Origin: Eubacteriales bacterium
GTDB lineage: Bacteria; Bacillota; Clostridia; Oscillospirales; CAG-272
Direction of reading: 5' to 3'
Assembly (NCBI GenBank): GCA_045646945.1
Contig: JAZRLS010000017.1
Location: 4,201 to 68,200, forward strand
DNA: 64,000 nucleotides
Every line of letters begins with the position of its first letter. Positions within the stretch are counted from its first letter, which is position 1. Under the pieces are notes generated by a model. It was not told the DNA's origin. It saw only the letters and a list, made by a program, of their open reading frames with translations, and searched no databases. This document shows, piece by piece, positions 35,842 to 44,686 of this stretch. A program made the position numbers and the translations under genes.

Positions 35842-35975
35842 ATCCGTCCTCCTATTTCGTTTTTGCGTATTGTCCATGGATTTTCTTTGCTACTACTTAT
35901 ATTTTACCATATTTTTTCATTTTTTTCTTGGGGCAAATTCACCAAAATTCAAGTTTTTTCTTGGGGCATTTTTAC

Positions 35976-38207
35976 CTACAGCGTATGTTTTCGATACGAC
36001 AACGCTTCTCGCGCGCAAACAAGTGCTTCTCTTTGGTGACAGGTAAAGAGAAGACATTGCAGCTCCTGCTCGCCGAGCTTTGAAAGCAAGGTCAGAATCC
36101 GCACGATTCGCTTGTCGTCGATCTGACAGAGTGCGTCGTCCAGCATCAGCGGTGCCAACTCTTCGGAAAAGAGCTGCATCACAAGAGCGATCCGCAAACT
36201 CAGATATGCCGCGTCGCGCGTGCCTGCACTAAGAAGATCTGCCGTCACGGTCAGCTGACTTTCGTCGAGCAGAGACGGTGTATAGTCCGCGCCCGCCGTC
36301 AGCGTTTCGTAGCGTCCCGCACTGACGTACGCCATCATCTCGCCCGCTCTTCGGCTAAGTGCCGGCGTAATATTTCCGCTCATAGTTTCCGCGGCGGCGG
36401 AAAGCGACGCAAGCGTCAGCTCCAGCGTTTGATAATACTCGTCCGCGCGCTCGTATTCAGCATCGAGCTTCTGTACGCGATCGGCAAGTGCCATCGGATT
36501 CTCCGCGTTCGCCTTGGCAGAAATCAACTCGATTTGTGCAGTACGGAAGCTATCCGTCAGTGTTTGCGCCTGCGTTTTGAGGAATCTTCGTTCGGTTTCC
36601 AGACGCACGGGGTCAAGTCCTGCCAGTTCCGAGGGATCGATCGTCAAGCTTGCCTTCAGAGCCGCTTCGTCATACTGCGAAAGCCCCTCGCGTTCGTGGA
36701 GAATCGACTGCTCCAATGCCGCTTTTCTTCCCCGAAGTGCACCAAACTCCCGCAAAAATGCGGAAATTCGCGTCATTTCTTTCTCCGCCGCGGCGACGGT
36801 AGGCACAGTGTCGCTCTCGGGAAGCGTCCGCAAAAGTGCCGCGCGAAGCCGTTCGGTGATCTCTCGCACCATCGTTTCGCTGGCACCGATTGCCGCCTCG
36901 ATCTCGGTTTTTTCCTGCAAACCTTCCCGCTTGGCATCAAGTGCCGCAGTACAGCGTGTCAGGTAGGCTTCCAGCGTGTCGGGCGTTTGTCCGAAGCTGT
37001 TCGCGATCTTTTTTCGTTCCCCACCGGAAAGCACGCCCACGACACAAAGTGCCACACCGACGAGTGCGGCAACCGACGTCACAAGCGGATGCAACAAAAG
37101 TCCGATCGTACCAAGTGCGACAATCGCGCCGCCCATACAAAAGCAGATCCCCGTTCTGCGGGAAAGCTGCTTCATTTTCTTCAAAACGGATGGCGCGCCG
37201 CCCTCACGCTCGAGCTGCTCTGCGGTCTCGGCATCGGCTTCGTCGTAGGTTCTGCGAGCATCAAAATAGAGTTTCTGCTCGTTTTGCGCGTCGAGACGCG
37301 CAATAGACGCGCGAAGATGGTCGGCAAGACTGCGAAGATTCGCAACGTCCGCCTCGCAAAGCGCAACGTCGGTCTTCTGCTCGCGATTCCGCAGAGCGGC
37401 AATTTCTTCGTCGAGTAGGTGCTCCTGCTCCTCCATCGCGCGAAGTCGTTCAAAGCGACGCAACAGCTCCAGCGTCCCGAGCTGTGTCAGCCGATCACTG
37501 ACGAGGGCAAGCCGTTCCTCGGTTTGTGCCGTCTTTATCTGATTCTTTTTCATTTTTTCTTCGAGCAAAGTTACCTGCTTTTCGGTATCCTGCGCCCGTT
37601 CCCATCGTTTTTTCGCCTCGTTAAGCTCTCCGCCAAGCTCGCCCAAGCGTCCGCCCTTGCCGTTCTTATGGCGGTACTGCACGCGGAGCTTGTCGAGTTT
37701 CGACTCAATATGAGAAATATCGACCGTCTCATCCGCGCCTGAGAGAAGATTTCGGATCGCGTCCGCGCCTTTCTTTCCCCCAAGATTCGAGAGTTGCATC
37801 TGTCCGATGCCGCACGTGCTCTCAAAAACCTCGCGCGGGATTCCGAGAAACACCTCGCCCGCTTCTTTCCCCGCAAATACAACCTCGCCCGTCGAATGAC
37901 GGTAGATTGACAGCTTGTCGTTGCCGACTCTGCCGCTTTCGGTAAAGCTTCGCTCAATGCGGTATTCCTCTCCGCGATATAAAAGCCGCATACTTCCGCT
38001 CGCACGGTGCGACCGCCAGTTGACCGACCGATCGCGTTCCTCGTGTCCTTTGCGAGGCATTCCGTAAAGCATAAATTTGATAAAGAGCCATACCGTGCTC
38101 TTGCCCGCCTCGTTTTCTCCCTCAAAAATATTCAATCCGTCAGAGAGCGAGAAATGACGATCCGAGAGTCCGCCAAATTCGAGAATATGGAGTTCTAAAA
38201 TCTTCAT
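35976..38207 (-). CDS. SbcC/Rad50-like AAA ATPase of the YhaN type, with an internal membrane hairpin
   Basis: Walker A GENEAGKST, long coiled-coil-like E/R/L-rich middle, Walker B LMLDDA. Two hydrophobic helices lie mid-protein. Start ATG 38207 overlaps the upstream stop (ATGA). Confidence 0.8.
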   Translation of the reverse strand: MKILELHILEFGGLSDRHFSLSDGLNIFEGENEAGKSTVWLFIKFMLYGMPRKGHEERDRSVNWRSHRASGSMRLLYRGEEYRIERSFTESGRVGNDKLSIYRHSTGEVVFAGKEAGEVFLGIPREVFESTCGIGQMQLSNLGGKKGADAIRNLLSGADETVDISHIESKLDKLRVQYRHKNGKGGRLGELGGELNEAKKRWERAQDTEKQVTLLEEKMKKNQIKTAQTEERLALVSDRLTQLGTLELLRRFERLRAMEEQEHLLDEEIAALRNREQKTDVALCEADVANLRSLADHLRASIARLDAQNEQKLYFDARRTYDEADAETAEQLEREGGAPSVLKKMKQLSRRTGICFCMGGAIVALGTIGLLLHPLVTSVAALVGVALCVVGVLSGGERKKIANSFGQTPDTLEAYLTRCTAALDAKREGLQEKTEIEAAIGASETMVREITERLRAALLRTLPESDTVPTVAAAEKEMTRISAFLREFGALRGRKAALEQSILHEREGLSQYDEAALKASLTIDPSELAGLDPVRLETERRFLKTQAQTLTDSFRTAQIELISAKANAENPMALADRVQKLDAEYERADEYYQTLELTLASLSAAAETMSGNITPALSRRAGEMMAYVSAGRYETLTAGADYTPSLLDESQLTVTADLLSAGTRDAAYLSLRIALVMQLFSEELAPLMLDDALCQIDDKRIVRILTLLSKLGEQELQCLLFTCHQREALVCAREALSYRKHTL

Positions 38208-39337
38208 TCGATGTCCTCCTCGGTAGGAATGGTGCGTCCGTCGATCGCGCAAAGCCCGATGCGAAGTGCTCTTGCCGCCCGTCGGCGTACCACGGAATCT
38301 TCATCGATCAGCTTGGGATAGAGCTCCCGATAGAGCGCGCCTCGGATGGTCATATCTTTTTTCAGAAATTCTCCGTCCGCGACGGGAATTGTCAGGTTAA
38401 TCAGATCCAACGAACGTAACGATTTTTTCTTTCGGTTAGCCTCATCTAACACAAAAGAGAGAATATCGGGATCAACGTCTCCCACAAGGTAAAGTCGCAG
38501 ATCGGTAATCCCCTTGGAAACGGCATTTTGAAGCGTTTTTTGGATTGCCTCGTCGATCGATTGCTCGTCAGAGCAATTACTCAGATCCAGCTCCTCCACA
38601 CCATAGCAAACCTTCGACAGAATTTTCCGTTCAATGCAAGGCGATTTTCCCTCTTCCAAGGTCACGATCAACACACCGCCTTCGCCAAGCTCATCAAAGC
38701 TTCGCCCCTCGGCAAAGCCACAGTATCGGATCTTCTCTGACGAGAAGGCGGGGGGATTGTGAATATGTCCGAGCGCCGCGTAATCAAAATCGGCTCGGAG
38801 AATATCTCCCTCGGTCACAGGGGCGGAACGCGAAATCGGAGAGGTCAGATCAGCGTGCGCGCAAAGCAAATGCCACCATCCGTCCTTTTTGGGCATTGTC
38901 GCGCCACTGAGCGGGGATTCGGTCAAGGATGGCGAGGAAAAGGCGTAGCCGAACACACGCGCGCGAATCTCCTCAATTTCAAAGCATTGCAACTCGCTTG
39001 AGGTAAAGAGATAGACCTGCTCGGGCAGCTTCGTTGTTTGATACGTATGGTAAAAGCTCCCCTCGGCATAAGGGTCGTGGTTTCCGGGAGCGATAACCAC
39101 GGGGCAGTTGCTCTGACGCAACAGCTGATCGAGCAGCGTTGCCGTTTCAGGAGTCACCGTACGGCTGTCAAAGAGGTCCCCCGCCATCAAAATGAGATCG
39201 CACTGCTCTTCTTTCGCGCAGGCAAACACACGGCGCAACAGGTCTCTCTGCACCTCGCGTCGCTCGTCGGAAATTTGTGCGGTTTCGGCGCAAAACGCGC
39301 TGTCAAGATGCAAATCTCCCGTATGTAAAATTTTCAT
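38204..39337 (-). CDS. SbcD/Mre11-like metallophosphoesterase (YhaO type)
   Basis: MKILHTGDLHLD...GDLFD...GNHD...GHIH calcineurin-like motifs. Confidence 0.85.
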   Translation of the reverse strand: MKILHTGDLHLDSAFCAETAQISDERREVQRDLLRRVFACAKEEQCDLILMAGDLFDSRTVTPETATLLDQLLRQSNCPVVIAPGNHDPYAEGSFYHTYQTTKLPEQVYLFTSSELQCFEIEEIRARVFGYAFSSPSLTESPLSGATMPKKDGWWHLLCAHADLTSPISRSAPVTEGDILRADFDYAALGHIHNPPAFSSEKIRYCGFAEGRSFDELGEGGVLIVTLEEGKSPCIERKILSKVCYGVEELDLSNCSDEQSIDEAIQKTLQNAVSKGITDLRLYLVGDVDPDILSFVLDEANRKKKSLRSLDLINLTIPVADGEFLKKDMTIRGALYRELYPKLIDEDSVVRRRAARALRIGLCAIDGRTIPTEEDIE

Positions 39338-39511
39338 CAAAGCATTCTCCTTTCAAAAAAGGATTTTTTGGTTAGTTATATCTAACATCAATTCTGTTTC
39401 TTCCTGTCTTCAGTATACCATATTTCCGCAAAAAACGCAAGAAATACTTTCACTTTTTTCGATTTTTTGCATACAATGAGAAGACTGAAAACCAAAAGGA
39501 GGAAAGATTTT

Positions 39512-40084
39512 GTGTTAGTGAACGTTCCATACGACCGCGCACGCGCCGTCGAATATGCCAAGCGATGGGCACTTTCGCGCAATCCGCTCTTTATCGACTT
39601 TACGGGTCAAGGAGGAAATTGCACCAACTTTGTTTCCCAATGTTTGTTTGCAGGGTGCGGCGTGATGAATTTTACCCCGACCTTTGGGTGGTATTACCGC
39701 TCTCCCGACGATCGTGCGCCCGCTTGGTCGGGGGTTAACGAGCTTTACCGCTTCTTAATCGGCATCCCGGAGTTTGTTGAGGCTAACGGCGGAGTCGGTC
39801 CGTACGCAACCGACGCGCGGGAAAGCCGAAAAGTCGAGTTGGGTGACGTCATTCAGCTTGCCAACGAGCAAGGAAATTTCTATCACACGCTGATCATCTC
39901 TGGATTTACCGACAATGACGTCCTCGTTTGCGCACAATCCGACGATGCGCTCGACCGTCCGCTCTCGACCTACAATTATGCCTCCCTCCGCGTCCTGCAT
40001 ATCGAAGGCGCACGGATTGAATTTAACAACAATGAGAGTTTTAGGAAGTTAGTTGAGGGAGAGGAATTGGTACTTTTCTTTTGA
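39512..40084 (+). CDS. Putative amidase-domain protein (Amidase_6-like)
   Basis: YDRARAVEYAKRWALSRNPLFIDFTGQGGNCTNFVSQCLFAG. Start set to GTG 39512, 9 nt after AGGAGG. Confidence 0.7.
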   Translation: MLVNVPYDRARAVEYAKRWALSRNPLFIDFTGQGGNCTNFVSQCLFAGCGVMNFTPTFGWYYRSPDDRAPAWSGVNELYRFLIGIPEFVEANGGVGPYATDARESRKVELGDVIQLANEQGNFYHTLIISGFTDNDVLVCAQSDDALDRPLSTYNYASLRVLHIEGARIEFNNNESFRKLVEGEELVLFF

Positions 40085-40128
40085 AAAAGAAAAGTACCCA
40101 AAAGAAAACAGCACGAATTATTTATTGT

Positions 40129-40308
40129 GTCGCCGTATTTCTCTGTGCAGACTTCGGCTTTCTGAGGAACAAAACCGTTGGACCCTACGTCCCAACGGTT
40201 TTGGGATGCGATTTTATTAAAACTATCTTTGCAAAAAATTGAAAGTTTTTGAGTTTCTTAAGAACTTTTTTCAAAAAGTTCTTACGTGGGGTGTGGGGCA
40301 AAGCCCCG
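40129..40308 (+). repeat. Multi-hairpin intergenic repeat, copy A
   Basis: About 180 nt that aligns with 55156..55325 in the same orientation. Hairpins at 40171..40202, about 40257..40285 and about 40288..40318. Confidence 0.8.
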
Positions 40309-40410
40309 CAATACACCCAATAGCACCCGAAAGGGTGAATTTCTGTTTGCAACGCAAACAGAAAGAGGGAAAACCACAAGTGGGGTTTTCCCTTTCCTTT
40401 TCCTAATTTT

Positions 40411-40758
40411 TTAAGCTTTTTCCGTGGGAGATACCACAAGAAGTGTCAGCGGTTTGTTTTTCTTTTTGGCGTATTCAATCGTAGCACGTGTTCCCTTGGA
40501 GATTCCGTCCCATACGACCAAAACCTGATCGGCAATCTCCACCATTTCTTCATTACGCTTGATAGGTGCCGCTTTTCCATAGAGTTCATATTTGGGAAGA
40601 AGGATCAACTTGGAAATCCGATGATTATCCGCATACTCTTCAGCGATATGATCCATTCCCTTAGCTCCGCCACTGATAATAAGCTCCGTTTCGGAAGGAA
40701 TATACTTCGACAAATCAAAATTTCCAATGCTTCTGGATCCTACAATAAGCAGTTTCAT
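40411..40758 (-). CDS. DUF2493 / SLOG-family protein
   Basis: IISGGAKGMDHIAEEYA...KAAPIKRNEEMVEIADQVLVVWDGISKGT matches my recollection of the DUF2493 pattern. Confidence 0.6.
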   Translation of the reverse strand: MKLLIVGSRSIGNFDLSKYIPSETELIISGGAKGMDHIAEEYADNHRISKLILLPKYELYGKAAPIKRNEEMVEIADQVLVVWDGISKGTRATIEYAKKKNKPLTLLVVSPTEKA

Positions 40759-40885
40759 TTTGTTTCTCCTATCTATTTCTTATAAAACCTTATATTACGC
40801 CTAATATTTCCTATATTATATCATATAATCTTTTTTGTGTAAATAGGGTATAATATTTTTGTAAGAATTTTTTGAGAGGTACAAA

Positions 40886-41122
40886 ATGCTGGATAGTCAA
40901 TATAAAATGAATTTAATCAAAATCGGATTGAATATCGCCTACTATCGAAAGCTTCAAGGAATGACACAAGAGGAGCTTGCCGAGGCGTGTGATCTTTCCG
41001 CGGGATATATCTCTCAATTAGAAGGACCCGGCAGCTATTTTTGCCCGTCCTTAAAAACGCTCTTTAAGATCGCGGAAGCTTTAGGCACAACAGTTTCCAA
41101 GCTAACCGATATTGACGATTAA
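40886..41122 (+). CDS. XRE-family helix-turn-helix transcriptional regulator
   Basis: IAYYRKLQGMTQEELAEACDLSAGYISQLE. 78 aa. Confidence 0.85.
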   Translation: MLDSQYKMNLIKIGLNIAYYRKLQGMTQEELAEACDLSAGYISQLEGPGSYFCPSLKTLFKIAEALGTTVSKLTDIDD

Positions 41123-41153
41123 GAAAACGCCACCGAGCTCGGTGGCGTTTTCT
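41123..41153. terminator. Bidirectional terminator
   Basis: AAAACGCCACCGAG pairs with CTCGGTGGCGTTTT, a perfect palindrome between convergent genes. Confidence 0.85.
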
Positions 41154-41161
41154 TGTTTATA

Positions 41162-41956
41162 TTACATTTCCACCACCGCGTACACCGCGAAGTGGTCGGA
41201 TGAATAAATTCCGTCGTCGGGAGTTTCGGTAACAACCTTGGCATCAAGCACTTCGACCGCTCCGCCTGCAAAGACGTAATCGATCTTCGTGCCGGGAAGA
41301 AGCACTCCGTTCTCGTCGCGCAGTGTTGCCTTACCAAAACCGTGAAGCGTTCCGCCAAGTCCCGCGGTCGCATCTTTGATCTCACGGTTACACGCCGACG
41401 AAAGCAGCTTGATCTCGGTAGCATCGGGGGCGGCATTGAGATCTCCCGTCAGGAAGAAATTCTTCGTATGCGAGTTGATATCCTGCATCATCTGCATTGA
41501 GGCAAGAATCCGTCCGTTCGCACCGAAATGATCAGTATGTGCGTTATACATATAGAACGGCTCGTCGATCTCATCGTGCTTCAAAAGAGCCCTCACGTAC
41601 GCGCGAGGACACTTGCTGTGGTCCTCCAATCCGTACATCGAACCGGGCACGGTGGGGCACGCGGAGAGCATCACCGTATCCGCCGAGATCAACTGAAAGC
41701 AATCCTTGCGAAACATCACAAGGGGCGCTTCTCCCGAATATCCCTTGCCGCGTCCGCCGCCAACCGCGTAATATGCGTCCATCGTTTCTACCAGCCAGCG
41801 ACGCATCTCGGGCGTAATTTCCTGAAAACCGATGACGTCGGGCACTTCTCGCAAAAGAAGCTCGCGAATTTTCGGTTTGCGGTTTTCAAAGCAATTGATT
41901 TCGTCCTTCGCTCCGCTCCAACGCAGATTAAAGGACATTACCTTCAAGCGTGTCAT
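41162..41956 (-). CDS. Endonuclease/exonuclease/phosphatase (EEP) family protein
   Basis: LKVMSFNLRW...IGFQE...TGDLNA...SDHF motifs. The start overlaps the rnfB stop (ATGA). Confidence 0.8.
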   Translation of the reverse strand: MTRLKVMSFNLRWSGAKDEINCFENRKPKIRELLLREVPDVIGFQEITPEMRRWLVETMDAYYAVGGGRGKGYSGEAPLVMFRKDCFQLISADTVMLSACPTVPGSMYGLEDHSKCPRAYVRALLKHDEIDEPFYMYNAHTDHFGANGRILASMQMMQDINSHTKNFFLTGDLNAAPDATEIKLLSSACNREIKDATAGLGGTLHGFGKATLRDENGVLLPGTKIDYVFAGGAVEVLDAKVVTETPDDGIYSSDHFAVYAVVEM

Positions 41957-42807
41957 CTTTCGTTCTCCTTTTCTATCAGTTCGTTTTCTTCCGCATAGCG
42001 GTGGATACCAGAAAAATCGGACACGAGAATACAGCCGACGGGACAGACCGTCGCGCAGGTGCCGCAGTTGTTACAAAGCTCGTAATCAATCACCGCGAGA
42101 TTGTCCACAACCTTCATCGCTCCCACGGGACAGCTCTTTTCACATTTCTTACAGCCCATACAAGCATTCGAGCACTCCTTGCGCGCGACTGCGCCCTTTT
42201 CGTGATTGTTGCAGGTAACGAGCACACGCTCGACGTCTGCCATCAGCTCGATAATTCCGCGCGGACAAGTTTTGGCACAAAGTCCGCATCCGATACAAAG
42301 ACGCGTATCGATATGCGCCATTCCGTTTTCAATACAAATCGCTTCGTTGGGGCAAACGTGCACACAGTCGCCAAGACCGATACAGCCGTAGGTGCAAAGT
42401 CCCGCGCCGCCGTACATCGTTTTTGCCGCCGCACAGCTCTCGATTCCCGCGTATTCCATCTTTTGGGCAGTATGGTTGCAGTCGCCGTAGCAGTGAATGA
42501 CCGCCACCTGCTCTACGACGTCCTCGGCTTCCACACCGAGAATTTCGGCAATCTGCTTTGCCGCAGCGTCAGCACCCGGCGTGCAGAGGTTGGTTTTGAT
42601 ACCCTCTTCCTCGGCAAGTGCCTTCGCGTAACCGTCACAGCCCGCAAATCCGCACGCACCGCAGTTCGCACCGGGCAAGCACTCACGAATCTTTCCCACC
42701 GTTTCATTTTCTTCCACGGCAAAGAATTTGGATGCCAGAACCAGCATCACCGCGCAAAGCGCACCGATACCTCCGACCACGAGTGCCGCAATCAAAATTC
42801 CATTCAT
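41953..42807 (-). CDS. rnfB: Rnf complex subunit B (polyferredoxin)
   Basis: N-terminal TM segment, CGACGFAGCDGYA, then several CxxCxxCxxxCP ferredoxin motifs. Start set to ATG 42807, after GGAGGGGG. Confidence 0.9.
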   Translation of the reverse strand: MNGILIAALVVGGIGALCAVMLVLASKFFAVEENETVGKIRECLPGANCGACGFAGCDGYAKALAEEEGIKTNLCTPGADAAAKQIAEILGVEAEDVVEQVAVIHCYGDCNHTAQKMEYAGIESCAAAKTMYGGAGLCTYGCIGLGDCVHVCPNEAICIENGMAHIDTRLCIGCGLCAKTCPRGIIELMADVERVLVTCNNHEKGAVARKECSNACMGCKKCEKSCPVGAMKVVDNLAVIDYELCNNCGTCATVCPVGCILVSDFSGIHRYAEENELIEKENER

Positions 42808-42820
42808 ACGAGCCCCCTCC

Positions 42821-43423
42821 TTATGCAAAGATGCCTTCCACGAGTCCCGCAAAACCAAAGAAGGAGAGCGCGACAATCGCGGCGGACACGAGGGTGATGG
42901 GAAGTCCCTCGAAGGATTTCGGGGGATTTGCCGTTTCCAGACGGGAACGAACGCCCGCAAAGAGCACCATTGCCAACAAAAATCCAAGTCCGACACCAAA
43001 GGAATTGACCATAGATTCGGCAAAATTATAGCCGTCGTTGATGTTGTTGATGGTCACGCCGAGCACCGCACAGTTGGTGGTAATCAGCGGCAAATAAATA
43101 CCGAGCGACGCGTGAAGCGCGGGGAGATATTTTTTGAGGATAATCTCCACGAGCTGAACAAGTGCCGCAATCACGAGAATAAAGACGATGGTTCTCAGGT
43201 ATCCGAGTCCGAAGCGGTCGAGAAGATAGATCTGAATCGGCCAGGTTGCAGCGGTAGACATCAGCATAACGAAGATGACCGCAAGTCCCATCCCCGTTGC
43301 TTGATTGACCTTTTTCGAGACACCGAGGAAAGGACAGATTCCGAGGAAGCGAGAGAGCACGTAGTTATTGACGAGCACCGAGGTCATCAAAATGATAATA
43401 AATCCCTTCAAGGTTTCCATCAT
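42821..43423 (-). CDS. rnfA: Rnf complex subunit A
   Basis: VLVNNYVLSRFLGICPFLGVS. 200 aa, polytopic. The start is one of two adjacent ATGs. Confidence 0.9.
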   Translation of the reverse strand: MMETLKGFIIILMTSVLVNNYVLSRFLGICPFLGVSKKVNQATGMGLAVIFVMLMSTAATWPIQIYLLDRFGLGYLRTIVFILVIAALVQLVEIILKKYLPALHASLGIYLPLITTNCAVLGVTINNINDGYNFAESMVNSFGVGLGFLLAMVLFAGVRSRLETANPPKSFEGLPITLVSAAIVALSFFGFAGLVEGIFA

Positions 43424-44139
43424 TTGTCTCCTTCCTTCGTTTCACTTTGAGTGTCAGAGGTGCATTCGCCCTGCTTTCCACAAAGATAAGCGGACGGGCA
43501 TCCCGCGCATCCGAAATTCTTGCCCCCTCTTGCCTTGCCCTTTGTGAGCTTATTAACGAGTGCAATCAGGCATCCGAAGACGAAAAATCCGCCGGGTGCC
43601 AAGGTGAGAATCGAAATGGGATTTTCGGAGAGGAACGGAATTTCCAGTCCAAAGAAGGTACCGTTTCCGAAAATCTCACGGATGGTTGCCATCGCAAAAA
43701 GTGCGAGCGTAAATCCAAAGCCCATACCGACAGCGTCAATTGCCGAATCGAGCACGGTATTTTTACTTGCATACATTTCGGCTCTGCCGAGAATGATACA
43801 GTTTACCACGATTAGAGAGAGGAAGATACCCAGCGACTCGTAGAGTGCGGGAGTAAATGCGTGCATCAGCATTTCCACCATGGTTACAAACCCCGCGATC
43901 AGAACGATGTAGCAAGGAATTCGCACCTTGTCTGGAATCACCTTGCGAAGTGCCGAAATTGCCATATTCGAGCAAAGAAGCACGACGGTTGCCGCCACCC
44001 CCATACCGAGTGCGTTGAGCACCGACGAGGTGACCGCGAGCGTCGGACACGTGCCGAGCACCAACACAAGTACGGGATTCTCACGAATGAGTCCCTTGAT
44101 AAAGTTTTGCCATTTCCTTTGATTACTCACAGTTCTCAC
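43420..44139 (-). CDS. rnfE: Rnf complex subunit E, with Cys-rich C-terminal tail
   Basis: KGLIRENPVLVLVLGTCPTLAVT. GTG start. The tail carries GCAGCPSAYLCGKQGEC. Confidence 0.85.
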   Translation of the reverse strand: MRTVSNQRKWQNFIKGLIRENPVLVLVLGTCPTLAVTSSVLNALGMGVAATVVLLCSNMAISALRKVIPDKVRIPCYIVLIAGFVTMVEMLMHAFTPALYESLGIFLSLIVVNCIILGRAEMYASKNTVLDSAIDAVGMGFGFTLALFAMATIREIFGNGTFFGLEIPFLSENPISILTLAPGGFFVFGCLIALVNKLTKGKARGGKNFGCAGCPSAYLCGKQGECTSDTQSETKEGDK

Positions 44140-44686
44140 CGTCCTTTATCATCACGGTTCGATGCAAGGTCTCGCTTGCATCGCGCACAGCGTTAATCAG
44201 TGCCGAAGAAGAGATCGTCGCGCCGCTGATGGTATCCACGCCGTCAAGGCTCTCGTCCTTGCCGACAAACTGCGAAAGGAATCCCTCTCCCGTCACTTTC
44301 GTACCGATGCCCGAGGTTTCTCCGTTGGCGGAGATGACTTTCACGGCAAGAATGTTTCCGTCCGCATCAAAGCCGACGGCAATTTTCATCGGATTCGAGC
44401 TGTCGTAGCCCTTGGCTTCGAGAATCGCAACGTAGCCACTGCCACCCATGTCCATATACAGTGCCGTGACCGTTTCGGGATAATCCCCTTCGATCTTCTC
44501 AAACAGGGTTGCCGTTTCAAGCACCGAGCGGAGTGCCTCACGCTCGGCAGCCATATTCGCTTCCTCGATCTTCGGTGCGGTCAGCGAATGGATCGCCGCC
44601 ATCAGAACGGCAACGACGAGACAAATGGAAAGCAATACAATCAGACTTTTGAGCGAAGAATTCATCGATTTCTTTGTTTTCATCAT
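44123..44686 (-). CDS. rnfG: Rnf complex subunit G (FMN-binding)
   Basis: N-terminal TM segment. SGATISS flavin-attachment motif. Start set to ATG 44686, overlapping the rnfD stop, with GGAGG 9 nt upstream. Confidence 0.85.
   Translation of the reverse strand: MMKTKKSMNSSLKSLIVLLSICLVVAVLMAAIHSLTAPKIEEANMAAEREALRSVLETATLFEKIEGDYPETVTALYMDMGGSGYVAILEAKGYDSSNPMKIAVGFDADGNILAVKVISANGETSGIGTKVTGEGFLSQFVGKDESLDGVDTISGATISSSALINAVRDASETLHRTVMIKDGENCE

Noticed and set aside
35921-35968. Possible CRISPR-like or tandem repeat array.
   Set aside because: There are only two 15-nt copies, no cas genes and no regular repeat-spacer structure. It is reported only as a minor direct repeat.
40185-40439. 84-aa ORF across repeat copy A, and the matching 61-aa ORF at 55244..55429 across copy B.
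   Set aside because: They exist only because the repeat happens to be open in that frame. They run through hairpin sequences and into neighbouring genes, have no RBS, and their similarity is explained by the nucleotide repeat.
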